Assembly: GCA_964016885.1 (NCBI GenBank)
Contig: OZ024741.1
Location: 388,864,001-388,928,000, forward strand
Reading direction: 5' to 3'
Length of the DNA: 64,000 bases
Source of the DNA: Eledone cirrhosa
Lineage: Eukaryota
Position numbers and translations under genes: made by a program. The notes under the pieces are model-generated. The model was not told the DNA's origin. It searched no databases and worked only from the letters and a program-made list of their open reading frames with translations. This document shows, in pieces, positions 37,796 through 48,439 of this stretch. The number at the start of each line of letters is the position of its first letter. Within the stretch, counting starts at the first letter, position 1.

Positions 37796-38012
37796 CCCTT
37801 TTGACATCAACCCAACTAAATCCAGCTTCGGTTCTATGAAACAAAACCACCCATTTTAAAGGGTTCCTATTTAAATTAAAATCTTTTAACATATATAAGA
37901 ACCATATATTAAGTTACTATTTGAGTAATGAAATAATTTTAGTAAATACCTCAAACTTGTTCATTAATTAATTGAAATAGTGTATTTCATTAAAAAAACA
38001 GTTATAAAAGGG
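37796..38012. mobile_element. piggyBac-like MITE
   Basis: TTAA|CCCTTTTG...AAAAGGG. Confidence 0.55.
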
Positions 38013-38951
38013 TTTAATTATACTCCAAACACTAGATAAATAATGAGAAAATTAGTTATTATTACTAAATTTCTCCAAATTTTTTATTATTTTAAAAATT
38101 ATTTGAAAGCCATGGGTACTGCCTTTCATTAGAAATATGGTAATGAAAAGATTAACACTCTTGTAAAATATTTTATTTTATTTAACCTAAATTTTTATTT
38201 TTAATATAAAATTGAAATTGGTGAAATTAGGATCTTGTGTTTTTTTAATGATTTGCTTTAAATATTTGTCGATAAAAATGTATCATTTAAAAAGGCATCT
38301 ATTAATGTTCATATTTTTCAGTTTCTCCTCTTGTAAAAGTAATTGTTTATATTCATATGTTAATATATTCTAGCAGTTCATTAACTTAGATCAGTGTCTT
38401 TATTGTACATTGCTTGTTCACTGAATGTTATCAGCTTATTAAGTTGTATTATGCCAAGTAATACCATCAGCCTTTCCTCATAACTTAAGCTTCATTATTT
38501 ATTGATCACATTTGTTGATTTATTTTCACAGTATAATACAGCACAATTGAAAAGGAAAGAATTATTCTTATAGTCTGTTCTATTTCTTAGATATATTTCA
38601 CCAAGAAAATCTATTTTTGGACTGTTCTGATTTTTCTGAAATGATCTAACCAATATATTTTATACACATGATAAAGGCTAACTTTTGTGTTTTTTCTTCA
38701 TTTATCTTAATTTTAAATCATTGTTGACAGTTTTACTAATATCATAAAAGATTTTGTATAGTAGTAATAATAACATACAATATTAATATATTTTCTTTGT
38801 TTATTCATATATCATTTAAAATTTTCTGATATCAGAAATAAATGAATTTTCATCTATTTCCATTATGTAAGAAATTTACTTAGAAAAAGTCATATGATTA
38901 ATTTATCTTCAAAAAATGTTTACAGAAATATTTCTTTATTCTCATACTATA

Positions 38952-39829
38952 CTAGTTGCAGTACCGAGCTTTGCCTGGGTAATCAGATGATAAGAGAAGA
39001 CAGGTAGAAAAGAAAACAACTGTTTTGGATGTGTTGCCTGGTTTGTAGTATGTGTATGTGACGAAAAAACAAAAACAGTAAAAAATCTTCCAGATACACC
39101 AGATTCCTCGTTTTACTGTTTGTTCATAGTATTTGAAGATTTATAGGTGTTTCCACTTGTGAACAATCTACATATAACTATCCATGGGTAAAAAGTGATT
39201 CTCTTGTATTCAATTCTACAACTTTGAAACTCTGAGCCTGAGTTTTATTTATAGTCATAGAAAAACTGACTCTAATAGGGAACTGAAGTCTTGAGAACTT
39301 GAATGGCAACTTGGTAGATGAAGAGATAAGAGGAATCTTGGGAATAAATGCACTTTCTCCTTGATGATTACCTCCAAGAATAGTGACCTCTAGTACATGG
39401 TTCATATTCTGCCTGACTGTAGAGCATGTGCCATTGCATAGATGGAAGTTTCAATCTTTTATTTTATATACAGATATATATAATTATATATAGATATAGA
39501 TAGTTATATATAAATGTGTGTGTGTGTGTAAACCAGCATTCGAATCGGAGATATTGGCTGTGAAACACGATCATCACTGACAACGAACGAGCAGAGAGAA
39601 TCCTTTATGGTTGATTCTCAACCTGCAAGAAATAGCAGTCAGTTTGGTTAGCATACCTATGATGTTTTTCTTCTTTGATTTTATAAAATTAGTATCAATA
39701 AACCTTCCTGGATATATCCTTATTCCATTGTTGTACTTACTTTTTGATTATCAGTTTTCATTTTTGTGTGATATACGAAGAAACTAACCAACCAACAAAC
39801 AAACGTCTCTCTTTTATATTATGTATAGA
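38952..39829 (-). mobile_element. Non-autonomous Helitron with both termini
   Basis: Minus strand: A|TCTATACATAATATAAAAG..., helicase remnant (RLQFPIRVSFSMTINKTQAQS...FTHG), imperfect hairpin ACCCAGGCAAAGCTCGGT, then CTAG|T. Confidence 0.82.
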
Positions 39830-40059
39830 TTACTTTATTTCCAATGAGATTATTAGCTCATTTGAAGTTGGACTGCTTTCGACATTGTGTTTTCTGTAGA
39901 TCATTCTCATTTATTCCATCAGATTTGTACTTATTTCCATTGCTATTATAACAATATGCTTAAACACTTGTGTCATACTGACTTCTTTATACTTATTACT
40001 ATTAGCAGTCTTTTTGGTCTCTTCTATTAGAAACGAATCTATGAAGAGAAAAGCTCTTA

Positions 40060-40469
40060 ATAATGGTTTCTTATATAGGCACAAGGCCAGCAATTTTGGG
40101 GGAGAAGAAAGTCGATTAAATCGACCCCAGTGCATGACTGGTACTTTATTTTATCGACCCCGTAAGGATGAAAGGCAAAGTTAACCTCGGCGGGATTTGA
40201 ACTCAAATCATAAAGGGCCATAACTCTATACTTCAAAGCATGGCGTCCGACCCTCTACCAATACTGCCAATCCACCGCCCTAAAAGCTCTTATTAATTGT
40301 TTCTACTTTTGGCACAAGGCCATCAATTATCCAGTACATTACTGGTACTTTATTTTATCGACCCCGTAAGGATGAAAGGCAAAGTTAACCTCGGCGGGAT
40401 TTGAACTCAGACCGCAAAGGTTGGAAAGCATGGCATCCGACCCTCTACCGATACTGCCAATCCACCGCC
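40060..40469 (-). mobile_element. Two head-to-tail Meta/MESC-like SINEs (long and short subfamilies)
   Basis: 40060-40281 is flanked by TSD AAAAGCTCTTA; the second copy spans 40293-40469. Confidence 0.9.
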
Positions 40470-41995
40470 ATTTGTAAACTATATTTTATAGGCATGATCA
40501 GTGTATTTTGGCATTTATTATCTTTTACAATTTGCACAGAATAACCTTTTTCCTATTACTTTTCCTCTAAGTGAATAAGATTATTGGCAGCATGTCAGAG
40601 AAATCTTAATTAATAAAACCTTTGAATTTTCTAAGTTAAATATTAATTCTTTCAATCCTCTCCCATGTTTAAGTCTTTTTCTTCCATTAATTCTGCTTTG
40701 AGAATTAGGAAATTTATATTGACAGACTTTTAGAATCTCTTGTTGTAACCATGCTATTAAGTATTGGAATGACAGCTAGAAGCAGTGCACAAGCTAAAAT
40801 GACTATCCATTGAAGCATAAAATTCTTGTCTTGCTCTGATATATCATCTACCGATGGATGATGTACAAGAAGCTCTATTGTTTTCCTTGTGTCTTTCTTT
40901 TTTTTCTTTATGTTAATTTTATTGGACATTCTCTTTGTAAGAATTGGTAAAGCACGGCATTTATTTATTCTTTGTAGTTTTATGTTCTGAGGCTAAATCC
41001 TTTTGAAGTGAACTCAAGAGATTAAAAAAAATAAAGTATTAGTCAAGTACAGAAGTTGATATAACTGATTATACCCTCTCCCCAAATCACCTGGCCTTGT
41101 TGAAATCATTTTCATTAAGGAAAATGTTCCCTTAATATTCCTCTCCATATTTAATTAACTTATGACATCTTTTATTAGAAAATATAAACACTGCTAGTGT
41201 TTGAGTTCATTTTATGTGTTTTAAGAGCAAATCTGATATAGCTTGTTCCTCTTCAGAGAAATTACTAACTGGTAATCACAAATTCCATCACTAAACCATA
41301 CCAGTACTTATTACCATACATTACTTGTACACTTTTAACATGGCCAATACATTCATTATTTATTACAGTCATTAATATGGGGATAGGAAGGGCATCTAGT
41401 CATAATAAACATGCAAAATTGGATCATATGAGTGAGACATCAACTTCACAAATCACATTGCAGGCTACATATTTAGGAAGGCAGTAGATATGAATAAGAT
41501 CTGATGCAGGATAGAGGAAGCTCTTTATTTCTCTTGAGTGCCAGTGGCATGACAAACCACCCCTAGTCCACAATGAAAGACTTACATAACATCAAATCTA
41601 GCCAGTTTTATTTGATGATCTGTGGTTATGATGAAATAAATCATGACAACCTTCTAAACCCATGTCAGTATGGGAAAATGGATTTAAAAAGGATGAATAT
41701 TGTCTACTTTTACAGTAATGTAATAGAAATAAATGATTTCTTAAATGCAAATGTTTTAAAAGCTAAAAACCATACCAAACAAACAACAATTGCTCTATTG
41801 CTGATGCCATGATAAAATACACCTAGTATACTTTTTAAATTGATTATTGACAGTAAGGACACATAGATGTAGAAGCCATGCCAAAACAGAAATGTATGTA
41901 ATACATTGTTCCAAGTCTGTCTGGGAGACAGTAGCTCTGATTAAATACCAATTTAGTCTGTGATAACTATCAATCCATTCCAGCATGGACTTTAA

Positions 41996-42248
41996 ATGAT
42001 GATGATGATGATCCATGCTTGCAGGAGTTAGACATGTCTTTTTCAACACAGTGTCTCTCCACTTGTTGCATTCCTTCATCATCTCCTCTGTGAGCTTCAG
42101 TGATTTGAGATCAGCTCTCACCACCTCCCCCCATGACTTCCTTGGTTTTCCTCTACTGTGACCTCCCTCCACTGAGATTTCCCAGCACTTCCTCACCCAG
42201 CTGTCATCATCCATGCATATCACATGTCCACACCAGCGCAGTCCTCCC
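41996..42248 (-). mobile_element. RTE 3' fragment
   Basis: LRWCGHVICMDDDSWVRKC...RGKPRKSW...KKTCLTPASMD. Confidence 0.85.
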
Positions 42249-42734
42249 TAATAACATTGGATGATTTTTAACTGAAGGATTGATTTTTAAATGTTGGATT
42301 TACTTGGCTGCTACTATATTTTATTGACACAGCAAGGAGGAAAGGCAAAGTCGTCCACAGAATTTAGAATATAAAAGCTGCATCTAAATACTTCAAGGTT
42401 CTAACCAATTCTCTAAGCATTCTGACAAATACTATATATTTTCTTGTAGCTTCAAAGTTTATTTTCTTTATCTTTTTCCTTCTCTCCAAATAATATTTAT
42501 GAAAACAGGATTATTCTCATCATGTTACACCTACTTTATATAATTTACAAAAAAAAAAAAAAAATGAAGAAATGAACAATTTTCATCTCAAATTAATTAG
42601 ATTAGCATTGCTAAATTTTAATTCTAGTAACTCTCTATTGGTTGTATTAATGTTAGCATTTTTGCCTGAATGTCATAGTGCTAATAATGTAAGCAGTACA
42701 CATTTTAGAGTAATAAAGGCTAATTTGTGCTGAG

Positions 42735-42736
<2 letters not shown>

Positions 42737-42798
<62 letters not shown>
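42737..42798. repeat. (TG)n microsatellite
   Basis: About 31 units. Confidence 0.97.
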
Positions 42799-42800
<2 letters not shown>

Positions 42801-43261
42801 TGAGTTTCCTTTGCAAACATGTAGTACTGGGTTCAGTCTTGCTTAGTGAGACCTTCACCAATTATCCTCTCCAGTGAGTGGAATTTGGTAGATGGAAACT
42901 TCAGAAGTCTGTTTGATGGATGTGTGTGTGTGTGTTTATGTTAGTGTCTGTCTGTGTTTATGACATGTAACTTAATGGTTTGACAGATTGATTAAATAAG
43001 TGCCAGCTTGAAAAGACTAAAAGAATATACTTAGTTGCTTGATTACTCTTTTACTGGTTTCAGTCATTGAACTATGGCTTTACTGAAGCATAATTTCCAA
43101 GTATACAGTCTATCACAGCGACCTTACTCTGGTAATACTTATTCTATTGGTCTTTGATGACCAGTCTGCTAAGTTATGGGATATAAAGAGACACAACGTA
43201 AACATAAACACTGACACACACACACATACACACACCTCCATGTTTGCTTTGTATTGTCATT

Positions 43262-43418
43262 TAATTTTTATCATTTGGAATAGATAGCACCAAATAAATA
43301 TGCCTTGTAGTTGTGCAAGTTAAAATTATCATTACTCGTAGGAAATAAGTAATATTTAGACTTTTCACCAAACTTTGAAGCTATTTTTGCAGATTATATA
43401 TATGTGTGTGTATGTGTA

Positions 43419-43475
<57 letters not shown>

Positions 43476-43486
43476 AGGTACACATG

Positions 43487-43532
<46 letters not shown>

Positions 43533-43543
43533 AGGTACACATG

Positions 43544-43599
<56 letters not shown>

Positions 43600-43610
43600 A
43601 GGTACACATG

Positions 43611-43654
<44 letters not shown>

Positions 43655-43810
43655 AGGTACACATACACACATATATATAATCTGCAAAAATAGCTTGAAA
43701 GTTTGGTGAAAAGTCTAAATATTACTTATTTCCTACTAGTAATGATAATTTTAACTTGCACAACTACAAGGCATATTAATTTGGTGCTATCTATTCCAAA
43801 TGATAAAAAA

Positions 43811-43894
<84 letters not shown>

Positions 43895-44650
43895 AGGTAC
43901 ACATGATATAAAAATATATATATATATATTTAATACAATAACAGAGATAGCTTAAAGCTAAACTCTGACTGGTAACCATCTCACTCAACAAACATTAGGT
44001 TATATGTTAGTATAAACCCAATTTAAGTGTTTGGGGTGCTAACTATATGTATTATGTGGAAAGCCAGTTGTATTATTTTATGAGATATAATTAAAGTTAA
44101 AATATATCTCTCTTTCCAAACAATTGTTTCATTATAAGTTTTCTACAAATTAGGAGAATGTTTCCAGTTTATGTAGAAGCCTAACATATATTCATGTAAT
44201 ATATATTTAGGTGGGTGCTTATAAATCATCAGTGGAAGCCCATTAAACTTTGATATAAGAAAAAATTCTTACCGCAGTTAAAAATCGTGTTTGCTAAGCT
44301 GCTCCCTCACGCATCGAATGACCGCCAAATTTGAAATTCCAGCAGTTTTTGACTGAGGAAGTTTTATAGCGTCACGAAACGGGAAGGGGAGACAACCAAT
44401 ACACGAGAAAAGAAAAAATAATATTCATGCGGGTTAATTAGTTTTTTCAAAAACATTATCAATCCAACGTGTTAAGAACTCAATTGAAATAAAAAAAATA
44501 AATGCATGTGTGTATTAATTACACACGCTTATAGATATTTTCTTAGGCTAAAAACAGAAGTCGTACCCGAATAACAAACCGCATTTCATAACCGCAGTAA
44601 ATACGGAAAGTTACGCTTTAAAGGGCAATTGGGAATGTAAATCTCTGGCC

Positions 44651-44695
<45 letters not shown>

Positions 44696-44711
44696 TATAT
44701 CATGTGTACCT

Positions 44712-44749
<38 letters not shown>

Positions 44750-44905
44750 TTTTTTATCATTTGGAATAGATAGCACCAAATAAATATGCCTTGTAGTTGT
44801 GCAAGTTAAAATTATCATTACTAGTAGGAAATAAGTAATATTTAGACTTTTCACCAAACTTTGAAGCTATTTTTGCAGATTATATATATGTGTGTATGTG
44901 TACCT

Positions 44906-44945
<40 letters not shown>

Positions 44946-44956
44946 CATGTGTACCT

Positions 44957-45012
<56 letters not shown>

Positions 45013-45035
45013 AGGTACACATACACACACATATA
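43262..45035. repeat. Direct/inverted/direct triplication of a ~150-bp unit with (TA)n arrays around a 720-bp core
   Basis: Copy A 43262-43415 (+), copy B ~43650-43817 (-), copy C ~44742-44910 (+). B and C arms extend to ~330-bp inverted repeats around 43930-44652. Confidence 0.92.
44268..44652 (-). promoter_or_regulatory. CpG-rich promoter/first-exon-like segment
   Basis: About 19 CpG in 380 bp versus none in 43930-44267. Minus strand has TGACG, TATAAAA (44362-44368) and a donor CTGCG|GTAAG at 44272. Confidence 0.4.
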
Positions 45036-45174
45036 TATGCACATATATGATGATATATATAGTCAGAAGTGTGTGTGGGTGAGGCATACATCTAGTATCC
45101 ACCACCTTCCCTCTCATCACCCCTCCCATACATCTCCCTCGCTGTAATCACCCAACTCAATTCCCCGATATCTA

Positions 45175-45770
45175 TCTCTCCAAAACAAGAAAGCCTCAAT
45201 GAGACGTTTTTGACTAGATTTTTAGTTATGCTTACTGATGTAATTTAACATACCATTAGGGTTCCTATATGGGTAGTACAGGCCATTGGACATATTGAGT
45301 GTCACGTCTAGGAAACTCATGACAGATAACTTGGCCTCAACTTGAATGGAAAGGTTGAAACCTTGAAAGAAAGTGATAAGCTCCTTTCTAAACCTATCAA
45401 TAGCATGGGGTCCACACATAGACAGTCAAAATACCATCATCATGGTGCAGACCTCTGCCTACGTTGGGGAATCCAACCTTGATGGAAAAGAGTAAAAATA
45501 GACCAATAAGGTCTGTGACCTCTGCTGAATCGCTGGCACCCATGCTCACATCAAAGGGGATACAATTTGATTTTTTAAGCCAAATAGAGCTGTCGAAGTT
45601 AACCACGGACTTACGAGCATTTGAGATGACACCAACTTCAAATCATTAATCTCCATGAGCATTTTGGCAAAATTAATAGCTTTAAGGAGAAGTGCTAAGG
45701 TTATGGAAGAATAGTAGCGTTGATGTAGAGTTGGATAAAACGGCAGTGTTCCTTGTTACATATGACATTT
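45175..45770 (-). mobile_element. Penelope-like element RT remnant
   Basis: FDVSMGASDSAEVTDLIGLFLL...GLHHDDGIL...FLDVTLNMSNGLYYPYRNPN matches the PLE pattern FDVTMGSxDGAEVCELVG / GLYRDDG / FLDVTL. Confidence 0.8.
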
Positions 45771-46259
45771 GGTTATAACCAATATTTCATACCTTTAAAA
45801 TATTTGGTCATAAATATTCATACCACTTATTGAAGCAGTTTGTCATAGGCTAGACTGCAACACATTATTTATTTAGAATGAATCAGTTTCTATTACTTCT
45901 GGTAACTATAGACTTGGCATTTCATAAATATAAATTTATGTTGTGATAACTGAGAAATATTTAAATTCAGGAATTTTACACTCCTTCAATTAATATTTAA
46001 TGCAGTTTTCTTGTTAATTAAGGTTTTAGACATTATTAGGCCTATTTCTCCCATGCATTTACTCTCTCATTTACTCTTGTTTGGTCTCTCCCACTCTTTC
46101 TTTCTCTTTCATTTTTGTTCAATTTCTCCCATTCTTATTCACTCTCCCTCTCACAGTGGATCAGCTTTCATATAGTAATAATCTCTATTATGGTATTGAG
46201 TACTCATTCTTGCATTTGCCAAAATTAATGTGTATGTATGTATATATGTAAACAACAGC

Positions 46260-46624
46260 TGGCTAGGCAAAGTAGGTTTTATGCTAGCAGAAAAATGGGT
46301 GGACAAGGTAATTACCATAAATAGAATAAACGACAGAATCATTATACTTAGGATCATCTTAAATAGAACAATGGTATCAATCATGTCTGTCTATGCACCC
46401 CAATCCGGTCTGCCAGACGAACAAAAAGACCTGTTCTATGAGTCCCTAATAAGTGCAGTCTCCCAAACCAGAAACGGTGACTTCAACAGACATGTGGGAA
46501 GACTAAGTGACGGATTCCATGGGGTCCATGGAGGTTTTGGGTTTGGCACAAGAAATGAGGAAGGACTGAGACTCCTGAAATTCTGTGACACCAACAAACT
46601 GGCTATCTGCAATACAAACTTTAA
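46260..46624 (+). mobile_element. RTE endonuclease-domain fragment
   Basis: VGFMLAEKWVDKV...SVYAPQSGLP...GDFNRHVG...RNEEGLRLLKFC...ICNTNFK. Confidence 0.9.
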
Positions 46625-46800
46625 GTGGAGACTTCTGGTGTCCTTGGCCCTAGGTCCACCTCCCTACTCACCACCATCGGCACTGAGTTGGCTACCTGCA
46701 GGTGTTAGCCTCACAAGCTGGAATGGCTTTTCCAACACGTATCCTTTACCTTCCTCCAGGGAAATGCCTTCTCTATTCTGTCCGGGGCCATGGGGTGGCC
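46625..46800 (+). mobile_element. CRE-clade non-LTR retrotransposon C-terminal (restriction-like endonuclease) remnant
   Basis: Frame from 46625 reads VETSGVLGPRSTSLLTTIGTELAT...EWLFQHVSFTFLQGNAFSILS, matching the ET.G.LG ... LFQR.S.AIQRGNA..IL end of CRE/Cnl1/MoTeR-type proteins. Confidence 0.7.
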
Positions 46801-47991
46801 AGCATGTGGGCTGCCATTTGCTTATGATAGTGAGAGATGGAGAGAGACAGAAGCAGTGAGTGAAAGAGAGAACACCAACACACACATGCACTTGATAAGA
46901 CAACAATAGGTGTTATAAACTGTTCACTTGTGAGCATTATATAAGAAAACATATATCTAGCTAGATTTAATATAGTTTTGGAGTTGTAACCCTTATAGAA
47001 AACATACAGATCAAACAACTAAAGTATTACATTATAATTCCAAAATTGTTAGACAAAAATTAGAAATACTTTCTCATATAAATGAATTCATGTTATGGTG
47101 TGCAGTGTAAATTTTTTCTCATCTACTATTAATTATTAAATCCATTCCATTAGATGAGTTATTTTGGATAATAAACTGGTATAAAAATGGTTGGATGACA
47201 GATCATATGTGGTTCTAACTGCATCAGAGTGGATGAAACCTCATGAGGTTGAAACTGAAATCTTTTGCTTGTCAAACTGGCATATTCTTTTGAGAAATTA
47301 TAACCTTAAACTTGTTTTAGTGTAAAAAATGAAATATATTTCTTGTCTAGAATTAATTCATATGCTCTGTGGCATGTTATGAAACTTTTTCACTGCAGAA
47401 ATATAAATTGGTTATACTGTTACTGATCTTCCAATAATTGCTCTCTTTTTGAAATCTCTGTGTAATATAAAAGTTGTCAAAACCATTATCACGTGTAAAT
47501 CAACATATAATATCATAAGAATCCTTCAGTCTTGGTAATCTGTGTATTTTTATAATGCTTTATATTCACCAGACAATGTTCTTCTTTGTATTAAGAGCAA
47601 ACATGTTCTTTCTAATAACAAAAAATATTCTTTTATCACAATTATTTTTTTCTAGGGATAAAAAATAAAATTGATCTTTGTGTAGTAATTTACTTTCAAA
47701 TTTTGTCACAGATACTGGTAACTGGATTAATATTAGATTTGTTTTACATTTCATTTTTTGCTAAAGTTGTTGTTATTATTATGAGAAGTGTTATTAGCTG
47801 TTTTCAGCCAAAGTTCCAGTTACTAAAATTTGCTAGCTGACATTTAGAAGTCTGAGTATATTATAGGTAAACCTACAGTTCTGCCTTGTAATTAAATTTG
47901 GTATAATCATTGGTCTTGTTGTGTCACTCCTGAGATGACTTTCTAGAGCATAGTTTCATTTTCTATGAAAACCAATTTCTGGATATTATTA

Positions 47992-48315
47992 TGGGCAGTG
48001 GATTGGCAGTATCATTTGGGTGTCGGACAACATGTTTTGCGGTATGGAGTAACGGCCATTTAGGTTTTAAGTTCAAATCCCGTTGAAGTTAACTTTTCCT
48101 TTCATCCTTATGGGATTGATAAATAAAGCACCAGTAATGCACTGGGGTCTATTTGATTCTGCCCCCCCCCCCCCCCCCCCATTTTCAACATCATTACTAT
48201 TATGGTTCAGGTTAACTTTGCCTTTCATCCTTACGGGGGGTCGATAAAATAAAGCACCAGTAATACACTGGGATAATTGCTGGCCTTGTGCCAAATGTAG
48301 AAACAATTATTATTA
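47992..48315 (+). mobile_element. Meta/MESC-like SINE plus a second 5'-truncated copy
   Basis: Head, B box and core at 47992-48190; core and tail at 48209-48315. Confidence 0.82.
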
Positions 48316-48439
48316 TGGTTCAGTCTTTCAAGACAAGGTTCATGTCGCTCCTGTAAGTTTGTTCTATTTTCACTGTTATTCATCCTTTTGCATTGAAATT
48401 TTGATATCATTTTGAAGCTAAGTAAGCCAGTATCCTTGT

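Noticed and set aside
40714-40929. 71-aa minus ORF with a hydrophobic segment
   Set aside because: Begins in a poly-A-derived stretch, has no acceptor on that strand and no recognisable family; all plus frames are closed.
43365-45147. Many YIYI/IYIY ORFs (also 7105-8084 in part and 9479-9921)
   Set aside because: These are translations of (TA)n microsatellites.
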